Assembly (NCBI GenBank): GCA_050949315.1
Contig: JBMNFL010000001.1
Span: 1 to 64,000, forward strand
DNA length: 64,000 nucleotides
DNA from: Bacilli bacterium
Lineage (GTDB): Bacteria > Bacillota_I > Bacilli_A > RFN20 > UBA1709
Reading direction: 5' to 3'
Below the pieces are notes generated by a model. The model had not been told where the DNA came from. It did no database searches and saw only the letters and a list, made by a program, of their open reading frames with translations. Of the stretch, positions 9,501 to 18,704 are shown piece after piece (the first letter of the stretch is position 1; every line of letters begins with the position of its first letter). The translations under genes and the position numbers were made by a program.

Positions 9501-11587
9501 ATTTAAATAGTAATATGAGCAACAATGCTTTAGTTACTCTAGGCACTTCAGGGCAAAGTTGGACTTATTCAGCCAATAACTTAGCAACTGGAGGTTATAA
9601 ACTTCTCTATAATAATGGTAGCTGGATTGTTAATAACGATTCTAATCTTTATACCATAGCTTATAGTGGTAACTATCTGAGTTTAAATGGTACAAGTGTA
9701 GTTAATCAGACTTCCCAAAACGAAGCGACTTTATGGACTTTTAGTTCAACTGGTTCTAATCCAAGTGGTTCTATCTCTACAGGACTTAATGGAACAACTT
9801 ACTATCTTAATCGCTCGGGGAATTGGTTTAGTATTTCAACCTCTTCTGCCTCTTGGAGCAATAGTGGTAATAAATTGTATTTTTCCAGTGGATGGAGTAC
9901 TTATTACATTCGTTACAATAAGTCCTGGCAAATTGGAACACAAAATAATAAGAATGTTTTAAGTATAACTAGCGTTAATAATACAATTACAAGAACAGAA
10001 CAAACGATTACTCCTGCCTCGATAACTATGGTTGATCAAAATATTGTTCCACAAATTGCGCTTTCCTCAGGTAGTGAAAATCTAAATGTTACAGAAACTG
10101 GTGTTAGCTATCAGGCCAATATTGTAAGTCAAGCTAATCTCATCTTTTCCAACACACAACTTCAAACAGTAACTAAGACGGTTGAAACCGATAAAAACAG
10201 TGGTAATTACACTTATATTCCTTTGACTCTAGAATTACAAGATGAAGATGATCCAACTAGTTATTACACCTCGGATTATCGAGTTGCTAATAAAAATACG
10301 GGTTATATTGTCAGTTCAGGAAATGAGCCTGGTTCTTATGCTGCCGATATTCGGGTTTCTCAATATCCAATGAGCAGCATCAATGTCGCTTTAAATAATC
10401 AAACGCCTTATAACGATAATCGTTTGCAAGTTGTAACGAGAACTATTGAGACTAATGGCTACGTGCGAGTGCAAGATAGTTATAATGCTACGAATATTAA
10501 TAATTATCACTCAAATTTACCGAGCACCTATAAGACAGTTGCTGAAGCTGGTTTACATAAATATGAAAGTGGGGATTTAGAATTATCAAGATTTGGTTTA
10601 TCCGAGATGATGAATCATGATCCTAACAACGTTTATGGTTTGCACTTTATGGATGCTCAAATTGATATAAACAATGTTGTTGTCGCTGATCAAGTCACGA
10701 TTTTGGGCGTTACCCACTATAATTATGAAATGCCCCAAGATTGTATAAATTTTCAAACCAATGATAAAGGTATAATTAACTTCTTTGCGGGAACATATTT
10801 TCCAGGCAATAGTACGTTCTTCTCCTTACATCAGGTCTTTAGAGATGGACAAGAGAAAATAACGGCTATCAAAGAAATTGCCGAGGTTTATAAATCCGAT
10901 GATGGTAATATTTTAAAACCCTACATTTATAAGTTTACTGATAACACCTATACCAATTTTGATGGTACCTATACTGGTGCGACTTCTTTAATTAGTGGCT
11001 ATTCGTTGATTTTTGATACTACTTGGATTACTAATCCTTCTAGTTTTATTCAAAATGCGGTTTATTATTTTGAGGTTCCCTGTAACAAAGGTGAATTCGC
11101 TCTTGGTAGTGTCGACGAAAAAGATGGCGCTTACTTGTTCTATCTTGATATTGGTACTGCTGGCGGCGACGCCATTGCTACCACCATCAGTGGTGAAGGA
11201 AATGACATCACCGATAGTTTCCAAGTGGACTTCCGCGATAAGCCCGAAACTTCACCATACTCACTTCTACAGTTGGCCTTTGATGCTCCTGAAGCGACCA
11301 ATGATTCTTTCTCGGTCAATGTGACCTTTGATAGCACCGGTACCTCAGGTGGTGCCTATGACAACGGACTTTATACAATAACTATTGTCAATAAGACCTC
11401 AAGCAACGTACAATTCGCCGTTTTCCTTTGTGATGATGATGATAACATCTATAATGATTTTGAGTATGCTTATAAGATAATTTATACCAATAATACAGAG
11501 ACTTCAGAGACGATAATGAATGGTCTTTATGACTTCTTTAAAACTTCGACGATATATACCATACCTTCTTCAGGACCTGTTGCTTAA
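6569..11587 (+). CDS. Large secreted adhesin-like protein (AWF leader, GLUG-type beta-helix motifs, 7 beta-trefoil-like repeats)
   Basis: AYA-WF leader; GSGKEDDPFVI, PIG...FYGSFNGNNLTVTNL, IGIFGYIG and VGYLVG motifs; seven ~97-aa Tyr/Trp/Ser/Thr/Asn-rich repeats; no C-terminal LPxTG or TM anchor. Confidence 0.75.
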   Translation: MTKKAYIKPLIISIILTLFLAILPAYAWFGTPSNAFNVKVKGSMVEEYFHCGSGKEDDPFVITRPVHYYHLVEFFQRTTQLPVVYNSEDDVVDFGNEYLYFQIGCPEEQLYDPSLRPTVTPDTSFYVFEYGNAGQLIKDQDTRGNKDVILNMAYYSGDNALMPIGTSEVPFYGSFNGNNLTVTNLNIITEEDVVVTTGGESQTVTRQTSDIGIFGYIGTNGVLSNVYFKNVNISLVGGAANATIDTSVTNISHTSSHPDTVYVGYLVGHTNLSTSVVNVFVNNCTIKGGAASTCNFGYFGLVDDSLGQPITTLGEEIATQFGSGNEPGWGGSMDMNTLYTRILSVKGNAANPCTYPTATTVTIDEVANTYNREVTATATASAPSGSSVSWVHYESTLGGSYYFRNRTDTNRFLYLSGENRYQKQTITTYRYLDEFTPAYHIASGSNYLSTNGIGITNATSEATASAWVLNDANHLYTIYDGTKYYLRQDTDLTLTVSTMPSTTWTKDGNDLYCTNSGTNYYLTYFDSWFLITTKGRYKVKDASNNYLVMTASSISSTTSEGAATSLIYNGSSGTISTFVSGTQYYLNGTNTLAVSSTSAGTNWQFAGNNLSYSYGGQIYYLVYLNNAWQVLPAATSYQFGDGNGNYLSADTQGITNSSTASESVWFYNGSSGVIATYIDGNFYYLNRNGKLSTTSDNTVWTYSTNRLSYTYNASTYYLYYNGSVWTVNSTSSYYLISDGSGHYLNVSNGSLVAGTSSSTATHWIYNGSNGTISFNENGNVYYLNRGAKLSTTSDNTNWTFSGGNRLSYTYNGRTFYLYYTNQNWIAAAAAYKIHDGANHFLNLSSGTLSTGDNLASATIWFYAGNGSEILTVDNGVVYYLYGTAYNLSASTSNSTLWNFSSNYLNYSYNGFNYRLRYDNGWKIYNSDLSYYKISDNRGHYLSNNGTDVVSTSNAASATIWGFDASGNVSVDIGESTYYLNSNMSNNALVTLGTSGQSWTYSANNLATGGYKLLYNNGSWIVNNDSNLYTIAYSGNYLSLNGTSVVNQTSQNEATLWTFSSTGSNPSGSISTGLNGTTYYLNRSGNWFSISTSSASWSNSGNKLYFSSGWSTYYIRYNKSWQIGTQNNKNVLSITSVNNTITRTEQTITPASITMVDQNIVPQIALSSGSENLNVTETGVSYQANIVSQANLIFSNTQLQTVTKTVETDKNSGNYTYIPLTLELQDEDDPTSYYTSDYRVANKNTGYIVSSGNEPGSYAADIRVSQYPMSSINVALNNQTPYNDNRLQVVTRTIETNGYVRVQDSYNATNINNYHSNLPSTYKTVAEAGLHKYESGDLELSRFGLSEMMNHDPNNVYGLHFMDAQIDINNVVVADQVTILGVTHYNYEMPQDCINFQTNDKGIINFFAGTYFPGNSTFFSLHQVFRDGQEKITAIKEIAEVYKSDDGNILKPYIYKFTDNTYTNFDGTYTGATSLISGYSLIFDTTWITNPSSFIQNAVYYFEVPCNKGEFALGSVDEKDGAYLFYLDIGTAGGDAIATTISGEGNDITDSFQVDFRDKPETSPYSLLQLAFDAPEATNDSFSVNVTFDSTGTSGGAYDNGLYTITIVNKTSSNVQFAVFLCDDDDNIYNDFEYAYKIIYTNNTETSETIMNGLYDFFKTSTIYTIPSSGPVA
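7883..9967 (+). repeat. Seven tandem ~97-106 aa protein repeats
   Basis: Each unit reads YxI.DG.g(N/H)YL...AtxW...GtI....G..YYLn...Ls......W....N.L.y......yyL.Y...W. Units 3 and 4 share KLSTTSDNT and NRLSYTYN. Confidence 0.9.
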
Positions 11588-11599
11588 AGTTTAAACCCT

Positions 11600-11631
11600 A
11601 AGCCTTATATCAAAGATATAGGGCTTTTTTT
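11600..11631 (+). terminator. Rho-independent terminator
   Basis: AGCCTTATATC-AAA-GATATAGGGCT followed by a T-tract. Confidence 0.85.
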
Positions 11632-11671
11632 AATTTATCGTGTTATACTAGATTCAAAAGGAGGCTTGAAA

Positions 11672-12241
11672 ATGGCTAAGCAACCAAGAGAATTAGCAAC
11701 TAAAAAGAAAAGAGTAGTTTCTAAAACGAGTAGTAAGTCGCAGTCAAATAAAAAGTTTAATTCTAAGCTGAGTAAAGATATATCAAAAATAGCCAAGAAG
11801 AATCCTCTTACTTTTGTGATTCTAGTGGTTTTTTTAGTTATTGGAGCCGTGGCTGGCTACTTTGTTGTTAATAAAATCGGGGCTAATGATTGTTATGAAA
11901 TCAAGGCCTATGATTATAGTCTAGCCAAGAAAAATATTCATGATGAAACGGCAAAGAGTTTATATGGTGATTTAGGGGCGGAAACCGCCATTATCTTTGT
12001 TGATGAAACCTATAAAGAAGAAGGAGTTAAATGCATCGCTTTTGGGCGTGATTGTTCTAATGAATGTCAAGTGACATATTACTATCGTGAAGATATTTCT
12101 CATGATCCTGTGATTAAGGATAAAGTTGATAGTAGCGTCGCGGGCTTTTATTATGCGGTCTATAAATCTCCCGCTTTTAAATATAAGGACGTAGAATTGA
12201 TTCGTAATATCATAGTGGTGGAGGTGGAAAACGATGGCTAA
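11672..12241 (+). CDS. Single-TM membrane protein with possible Ig-like (DUF5011-like) external domain
   Basis: Lys-rich N-tail and one TM helix, then YKEEGVKC..FGRD.S...VDSSVAGFYYAVY. Confidence 0.55.
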   Translation: MAKQPRELATKKKRVVSKTSSKSQSNKKFNSKLSKDISKIAKKNPLTFVILVVFLVIGAVAGYFVVNKIGANDCYEIKAYDYSLAKKNIHDETAKSLYGDLGAETAIIFVDETYKEEGVKCIAFGRDCSNECQVTYYYREDISHDPVIKDKVDSSVAGFYYAVYKSPAFKYKDVELIRNIIVVEVENDG

Positions 12242-13394
12242 AAAAGTTAAAAGCGGAGCCCTTATAGGGGCGGCTATTTTTGGTCTTATCGTTGGCGGAG
12301 CCTTAGGCGGTGCTGGGGCTTTTGTTATGAGCCCTAAGCCGGACTCTTATGAGATACCAGCTACTGAGAAAGCCCATAATCCTAAGCCGGCAACTATTGG
12401 TGAAGACTTTAATGTTGAGACAATTAAGGCTGAGGATTTTTCTATTCATTTTATGGAATTAGGTAATAAATATACAGGCGATAGCACCCTAGTAAAAGCT
12501 GGGGATGTTGAGGTTTTAATTGATGCCGGTTCTAGGGTTTCTTCGGTTGACACTATTCATCAATATGCCAGTCAGTATGTTAAAGACAAATTGGATTATA
12601 TCGTGGTTACCCATGCCCATGAAGATCATTATGCCGGCTTTGCTACTAATAAATACGAGGATAGTATTTTTGCAAAATTTGATGTTGGAGTTGGGACAAC
12701 AATTATTGATTTTGCTAAGATAACCACCAAAAAGGCTACTAATAAAATGTACCAGAATTATCAGGCGAATTTAAATACAGCGATAACAAATGGTGCCCTC
12801 CATTATACCTGTGCTGAATTGGTAGATGAAGGAAATCAAGTTATTAATTTAAGTCCTAAAGTCAAGATGGAAATTTTAAAGACTAAATACTATTATGAAG
12901 TTTCAAATACTGAAAATAATCACTCGGTTTGTACCCTGTTTAGTTGTGGTACTTTACATTACTTACTAACGGGTGATTTAGAAGCCTCTGGTGAGGAAAG
13001 TTTAGTCACGCTTAATACTTTACCACAGGTTGAACTTTACAAAGCAGGGCATCATGGTTCCAAAACTTCTTCAACTAAGAAACTGATGGATGTCATTAAA
13101 CCTAAAGTTATCAGTGTTTGTTGCTGTGCGGGTTCGAGTGAATATACTAAGACAGATGCTAATCAATTTCCAACCCAAGTTTTTATTAATAATGTGGCAG
13201 CGCACACTGATAAAGTCTTTGTTACCACTCAGTGTGTTGATTATGATAAAGGTCTATTTGCTCCTATGAATGGCACGATTATCGCCTGTCAAAAACAAGC
13301 GGATGAGCAGGCGACAATTTACTGTACTAACAACACGACAATCTTAAAGGATAGCGATTGGTTTAAGGCTCATCGAACTTGGCCAGATTCTTAG
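12234..13394 (+). CDS. Membrane-anchored ComEC/Rec2-type metallo-beta-lactamase-fold hydrolase
   Basis: GDS, LIDAG, THAHEDH, NNHS, LLTGD and GHHGS motifs; N-terminal hydrophobic anchor. Confidence 0.85.
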   Translation: MAKKVKSGALIGAAIFGLIVGGALGGAGAFVMSPKPDSYEIPATEKAHNPKPATIGEDFNVETIKAEDFSIHFMELGNKYTGDSTLVKAGDVEVLIDAGSRVSSVDTIHQYASQYVKDKLDYIVVTHAHEDHYAGFATNKYEDSIFAKFDVGVGTTIIDFAKITTKKATNKMYQNYQANLNTAITNGALHYTCAELVDEGNQVINLSPKVKMEILKTKYYYEVSNTENNHSVCTLFSCGTLHYLLTGDLEASGEESLVTLNTLPQVELYKAGHHGSKTSSTKKLMDVIKPKVISVCCCAGSSEYTKTDANQFPTQVFINNVAAHTDKVFVTTQCVDYDKGLFAPMNGTIIACQKQADEQATIYCTNNTTILKDSDWFKAHRTWPDS

Positions 13395-13400
13395 TGAAGT

Positions 13401-14042
13401 ATGAAACAGGAAAAGATTTTAGCCTTAATTAAGGAAGTTAAACCGGCTACTATTGTCGCGGCAACTAAGTATATTAATGCCGTTACGGCTCGTAAATTAT
13501 ATCAATGTGGTATCAATAATTTTGGGGAGAATCGGATTGATAGTCTTTTGAGCAAGCAAGAGGCTTTAAAAGACTTACCAATAATTTGGCATTTTATTGG
13601 TCATTTGCAGCGTAACAAAGCTAAGCAAGTCCTCAATCGTATCAGTTATCTTCACTCCCTAGATTCTTTAAAATTAGCCGCTCTAATTGAGAAATATAGG
13701 AAAGAACCTCTAATGGTATTAGTGGAGTTGAAATTAACAGCAAGTCCCACTAAAAATGGGGTAACTTTAGAAGAATTACCATCTTTTTTAGAAAGTTTAA
13801 GTTCTTATCCAAAGGTTAAGCTCTGTGGTTTTATGGCTATGAGTGATGTTGATATGAGCGATCAAGAAAAAAGGGCGCTTTTTAAGTGTGCTAGAAGGCT
13901 TAAAGAAAAGTACAAACTTGATCTTCTTTCTATGGGGATGAGTGACGATTATAAACTCGCTTTATTAGAAGGCGCCAACTTTGTTAGACTAGGAAGACTA
14001 CTCTTTGAAGAAGAGGATTTATTAGAAGAAAAAGAACAATAG
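13401..14042 (+). CDS. yggS: YggS/PLPBP PLP homeostasis protein
   Basis: AATKY, FGENR, WHFIGHLQRNK, LSMGMSDDY and VRLG motifs. Confidence 0.93.
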   Translation: MKQEKILALIKEVKPATIVAATKYINAVTARKLYQCGINNFGENRIDSLLSKQEALKDLPIIWHFIGHLQRNKAKQVLNRISYLHSLDSLKLAALIEKYRKEPLMVLVELKLTASPTKNGVTLEELPSFLESLSSYPKVKLCGFMAMSDVDMSDQEKRALFKCARRLKEKYKLDLLSMGMSDDYKLALLEGANFVRLGRLLFEEEDLLEEKEQ

Positions 14043-14114
14043 GTGTTCTTTTTTAATGTCTTTTTTTCTAAAAGAGGTTATAATACTAGCTGAATATTAA
14101 AAGGAGGATAAAAT

Positions 14115-14954
14115 ATGTTAGATAATTTAAAACAGTTATTCACAGACTTTAGTTGGGAAAACCCCATTGTGGTCGCTTTGATAAATTTTGTTATTTTAAC
14201 CATCGTCGTTGCTATTGGTTATAAAATAATTTTAATTTTAGTTAAGTCTACGCTCAAACTTAGGAAAAAACACGAAAAAAATGCCGAGCGCAAAGTTGAA
14301 ACAATTTATCAGATTATTCGTTCTTTTTTGAAGTATGCGGTTGTCTTTGTTTATATTTGTTTAGTTCTACCAATTTTTGGTGTTAATCCCTCGGCAATTC
14401 TAGCTGGTGCTGGGGTAATAGGATTAGTGGTTGGCTTTGCCTTTCAAGATCTTTTAAATGATGTTGTTTCAGGCTTTTCAATTGTTTTTAACAATACCTT
14501 TGATGTTGGAGATTTTGTTGATATCAATGGCAATGTCGGCAATGTTGTTAATATGGGGATTAAAACAACGGTTATTCGTTCCTTTACTGGGGAACTTTGT
14601 ACGCTTAATAATCGACTGATTGTCAATGTGCGTAACTATACTAAAGCTGATAACGCTTTGGTTATTAATTATTTTAGGCTTTTACCAACGGTAGATTTAC
14701 AAAAGGTTTATGAAATCTTTGACCAAGAGATGGATGAAATTCTTGTAAAATATCAAGATGATATCATTGAAAAACCTAAAATTGTAGGGACTAATGCTAT
14801 TGGTGATCGTTCCATTGAATTTCAGGTCAATACCGTTGTTAAGCCCGAAAGACAATGGCAATTTCGCCGTTCTTTAGGCGATGAACTAGTTTTAATGTGT
14901 CAACGTCATAAATTACCAATACCCGGTGTTTCTTACATAATAGAAAATAAATAG
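14115..14954 (+). CDS. Small-conductance mechanosensitive channel (MscS family)
   Basis: AGAGVIGLVVGFAFQD, FDVGDFV and GIKTT motifs. Confidence 0.9.
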   Translation: MLDNLKQLFTDFSWENPIVVALINFVILTIVVAIGYKIILILVKSTLKLRKKHEKNAERKVETIYQIIRSFLKYAVVFVYICLVLPIFGVNPSAILAGAGVIGLVVGFAFQDLLNDVVSGFSIVFNNTFDVGDFVDINGNVGNVVNMGIKTTVIRSFTGELCTLNNRLIVNVRNYTKADNALVINYFRLLPTVDLQKVYEIFDQEMDEILVKYQDDIIEKPKIVGTNAIGDRSIEFQVNTVVKPERQWQFRRSLGDELVLMCQRHKLPIPGVSYIIENK

Positions 14955-15022
14955 TTTTTATTGTTGAAAAAACCATCTAAGTCAATATAATATCAAACTA
15001 GAAAGCTATGGGAGGGAAAAAG

Positions 15023-16252
15023 ATGGGGAAGTTAAATGTCAATTCTGAAATTGGTCGCTTAAAAACGGTTTTACTACACGAACCAGGTGCGGAGTTAGAA
15101 AATTTAACGCCAGCTTTTTTAGGGGAATTGCTTTTTGATGACATTCCCTGGCTTCCTTTAGCTAAAAAAGAACATCAGGCTTTCGCCAAGGCTTTTAGGG
15201 ATGCCGGTGTTAAAGTTGTTTATTTAACAGACTTAGTAACAGAAGTTCTTTCCTTAGATGAAAACATTAAAAGAGAGTTTATTTTAGAGTTCATTGAGGA
15301 AGCGAATGTCTTTAGTCGTACTCTCAGCGAACTTCTATATCAATACTTAATATCTTTTAAAGATGTTAAAGCTATGGTTATTAAAACGATGGCGGGGATT
15401 AAAAAGCAGGAGTTGCCGAATTATCAAGTCCGCACTTTGCGCGACTATGTCGATGATAATCCCTTTGTGACCAATCCTATCCCTAATCTTTATTTTACTC
15501 GTGATCCTTTTGTAGTTATTGGCAGTGGGGTTTGTCTTAATAAGATGTATACGCAAACGCGTTCGCGCGAGACGATTTATGCTAAATACATATTCAAATA
15601 TCATCCTTGTTATCGCAAAGCGCGAATTTTCTATAATCGCGATTATAAGATGAATATTGAAGGTGGCGACATTTTAATCTTAAATAAAGAGACCTTAATT
15701 GTGGGTTTAAGTCAAAGAACATCACCAGTTGCGATTGAAATTTTAGCCAAAAGTCTCTTCTTTAATTATCGCACGAAATATAAAACCGTTTTAGCCTTTA
15801 GTTTACCGAAAAAACGGGCCTTTATGCATCTTGATACTATTTTTACCCAAGTGGACTATGATAAATTTACCATCCATAAGGGTTGCTATGATAGTTTGAA
15901 AGTTTACCGTCTAGAAAGAGATACGAAAAATTTAGGGAAACTTAAAGTCACCCCTTTAAATGATAAACTTGAGGATATTTTAAGCACTTATATTAAGAAG
16001 AAAGCAATTCTTATTCCCTGTGGGGGTGATGATAGTGTCACTGCTGATCGTGAACAATGGAGTGATGGTAGCAATGCCTTGGCCATTGCACCTGGGGAAG
16101 TTATCACTTACGAAAGAAATGATACAACCAATAAAATATTAGAATCTTATGGTCTTAAGGTTCACGTTATTCCTTCTAGTGAGTTATCGCGTGGTCGCGG
16201 GGGACCAAGATGTATGAGTATGCCTTTGGAAAGGGAGGACATTTCGGACTAA
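15023..16252 (+). CDS. arcA: Arginine deiminase
   Basis: [35 protein letters not shown] and [14 protein letters not shown] motifs. Confidence 0.96.
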   Translation: MGKLNVNSEIGRLKTVLLHEPGAELENLTPAFLGELLFDDIPWLPLAKKEHQAFAKAFRDAGVKVVYLTDLVTEVLSLDENIKREFILEFIEEANVFSRTLSELLYQYLISFKDVKAMVIKTMAGIKKQELPNYQVRTLRDYVDDNPFVTNPIPNLYFTRDPFVVIGSGVCLNKMYTQTRSRETIYAKYIFKYHPCYRKARIFYNRDYKMNIEGGDILILNKETLIVGLSQRTSPVAIEILAKSLFFNYRTKYKTVLAFSLPKKRAFMHLDTIFTQVDYDKFTIHKGCYDSLKVYRLERDTKNLGKLKVTPLNDKLEDILSTYIKKKAILIPCGGDDSVTADREQWSDGSNALAIAPGEVITYERNDTTNKILESYGLKVHVIPSSELSRGRGGPRCMSMPLEREDISD

Positions 16253-16256
16253 AAGT

Positions 16257-17246
16257 ATGAATTTGTATCAACGCAACTTTTTAAGCCTCTTGGATTATAG
16301 CCAAGAGGAAATTTACTATTTGTTGGATTTAGCAGCAACTTTAAAGGCTCAAAAGAAAAAAGGTTTAACAACTAAAGTTTTGGAGGGTAAGAACATCGTT
16401 CTTATTTTCGAAAAGGATTCAACAAGAACGCGCTGTTCCTTTGAAGTGGCAGCCTATGATTTAGGAATGGGTGTAACCTATCTTGGTCCCAGTGGTTCTC
16501 AAATTGGTAAGAAGGAAAGCATTAAGGACACCGCTCGCGTTTTAGGGCGGATGTTTGATGGCATTGAATATCGGGGCTATCAGCAAGAAATAATTGAAAC
16601 CTTAGCTAAATATGCTGGCGTTCCGGTCTGGAACGGGCTTACTAATGAATATCATCCAACTCAGATACTAGCCGACCTCTTAACCATTAGGGAGCACAAG
16701 GGGCGCTTAAAAGGCATCAAACTTGCCTATCTTGGTGATGCTCGTTTCAACATGGGCAATTCTCTTATGATAGGGTGTTCGAAGTTAGGGCTTGATTTTC
16801 GAGCGGTCGCCCCTAAGTCTTTGTGGCCTAATGAAAAACTTGTTGAACGCTGCCAAAAAGAAGCCCAAAAAAGTGGGGGAAAAATATGTTTGACTGAAGA
16901 TATTGACGAGGGTGTAAAAGGTGTAGATGTTGTCATAACCGATGTCTGGGTTTCAATGGGCGAAGCTAGTGAAGTTTGGGAAGAGCGCATCAAATTATTA
17001 AAGCCTTATCAAGTTAATGCCGCCTTAATGGCCAAAGCTGATAAAGAGGCGATTTTTATGCATTGTTTACCAGCTTTTCATAATTTAGAAACAAAGATTG
17101 GCTTAGAGATTTATAATAAATTTGGTCTAAACGGATTAGAAGTCAGTGAAGAAGTTTTTGAAGGAAAGCAGTCAGTGGTTTTTGATGAGGCCGAGAATCG
17201 GCTCCATACGATTAAAGCCGTACTTTACGCCACTTTGGTGAAATAA
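16257..17246 (+). CDS. arcB: Ornithine carbamoyltransferase
   Basis: DSTRT, HPTQ, DVWVSMG, HCLPAFH and AENRLH motifs. Confidence 0.95.
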   Translation: MNLYQRNFLSLLDYSQEEIYYLLDLAATLKAQKKKGLTTKVLEGKNIVLIFEKDSTRTRCSFEVAAYDLGMGVTYLGPSGSQIGKKESIKDTARVLGRMFDGIEYRGYQQEIIETLAKYAGVPVWNGLTNEYHPTQILADLLTIREHKGRLKGIKLAYLGDARFNMGNSLMIGCSKLGLDFRAVAPKSLWPNEKLVERCQKEAQKSGGKICLTEDIDEGVKGVDVVITDVWVSMGEASEVWEERIKLLKPYQVNAALMAKADKEAIFMHCLPAFHNLETKIGLEIYNKFGLNGLEVSEEVFEGKQSVVFDEAENRLHTIKAVLYATLVK

Positions 17247-17250
17247 ATTT

Positions 17251-18579
17251 ATGAAATATTTAAAAGAGATTAAAAACGGCAAGCTTTATTATGCTGGCTA
17301 TTGTTTAAAGGATTTAGCCGAAGAGTTTAAGACCCCTTTAAAGATCACTTTTTTAGATGTTATTAAGGAGCGAGTTTTAGAATTAAAACAGGCTTTTTCT
17401 AAGGCCATTAAGGATAACGATTATCAAGGCGATTTTATTTATCTTAATGCCAATAAGGCCAATTATGGGGCTTTAGAAATTGAAACAGCTTATCGTTATG
17501 CTGATGGTTTAGAAACCTCTAGTTACTATGACTTAATCCTTACTGGCGATATTTTTAGACGCGAAAAGGATTATCAACACCATATCGTTTGTAATGGTTA
17601 TAAACCGAAAGAGTATATTGATGAAATTGAAAAAGTTTATAAAGAAGGCTTCAAAATCATTGATATTATTGATTCTTTGGATGAGTATGAAGAATTAAAG
17701 AAACGAAATTTAGCGCTTGAAGTCGGTTTGCGAATTCACTTGCCAGCACTTTATATTGATGAGAAAGATGTCGTTAAAAACGATCGTTTTGGTTTAACTA
17801 AAGAAGAGTATTTTTATATCCTTGATGATTTGAAAAATAGCAAGATGATCTTATCAACTATTCATTTTCACCAACGTGGTTTTGATTATGAAGAAGAAAA
17901 ATTTAGACTAAATTTTACTAAGGCCTTTGAAGAGTACTATGTAACGGCTGCTAAACGCTACAAAACGGTTGTTAATTATAATATTGGTGGCGGAACACCC
18001 TTGCCAGTATCTGGTAACTTTGATTACTATAGTTGGGCGAATGAAGTAATTAAACTTTTAAAATTCTTAGCTAAAAAGAATCAAGTTAAAGAACCCAATC
18101 TTTTAAGCGAGAATGGAAAATATAGTCAAAAAGATGCCACTATTAACCTTTACAAGGTTGTTGGCGTTAAAAATACCGATGAATACCCTTGGTATATCAT
18201 TGATGGCAGTTTAATGATTGCGATGCCTGAACTCTTTGCTTTGGGTGAACCGATTAGGGTTTGTCCTGTTAATAATTTAGACAGAGAAATAATCAAAGTG
18301 CGTTTAGCCGGCTTAACCTGTGATTGTGATGATATTTACTTTGATAAAGAAAAAGGCTATTTTCTAGCACCAAGGGAAAGTAAGGATCTCTATATCGCTT
18401 GTTTAGGTACTGGCTCTTATCAAAACAGCATGAGTGGTAAAGGTGGCGTTCATCACTGTTTATTACCCGAAGAACGCGATGTTGTTATTTATCGTAAAAA
18501 TGGCAAAAGTGTCAAAAAAATACGTTCAGAGTTACAATCAATATCTAAAATTTATCGCTTAATGCACTTTAAAAAATAG
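17251..18579 (+). CDS. Group IV PLP-dependent (Orn/DAP/Arg) decarboxylase, short SpeA-like
   Basis: PLP lysine in NKAN; HFH, NIGGG, ENGKY, GLTCD.DD and GSYQ...GGVHHCLLP motifs. Confidence 0.82.
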   Translation: MKYLKEIKNGKLYYAGYCLKDLAEEFKTPLKITFLDVIKERVLELKQAFSKAIKDNDYQGDFIYLNANKANYGALEIETAYRYADGLETSSYYDLILTGDIFRREKDYQHHIVCNGYKPKEYIDEIEKVYKEGFKIIDIIDSLDEYEELKKRNLALEVGLRIHLPALYIDEKDVVKNDRFGLTKEEYFYILDDLKNSKMILSTIHFHQRGFDYEEEKFRLNFTKAFEEYYVTAAKRYKTVVNYNIGGGTPLPVSGNFDYYSWANEVIKLLKFLAKKNQVKEPNLLSENGKYSQKDATINLYKVVGVKNTDEYPWYIIDGSLMIAMPELFALGEPIRVCPVNNLDREIIKVRLAGLTCDCDDIYFDKEKGYFLAPRESKDLYIACLGTGSYQNSMSGKGGVHHCLLPEERDVVIYRKNGKSVKKIRSELQSISKIYRLMHFKK

Positions 18580-18631
18580 ATAGGTTTGTTTTTGAGATAA
18601 AATACTGATAAAAAGGCGATTTTTACAAAAT

Positions 18632-18657
18632 GTCACTTACAAACAAGTGACTTTTTT
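18632..18657 (+). terminator. Terminator of the arc operon
   Basis: GTCACTT-ACAAAC-AAGTGAC-TTTTTT. Confidence 0.7.
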
Positions 18658-18704
18658 GCTATAATAAGTATGTACGACGTAATGAAAATTTAATGGAGGG
18701 AACT

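Noticed and set aside
16257-17246. Putrescine carbamoyltransferase (agmatine deiminase pathway)
   Set aside because: It has the OTC-type DVWVSMG loop, and the upstream gene is an ArcA-type deiminase.
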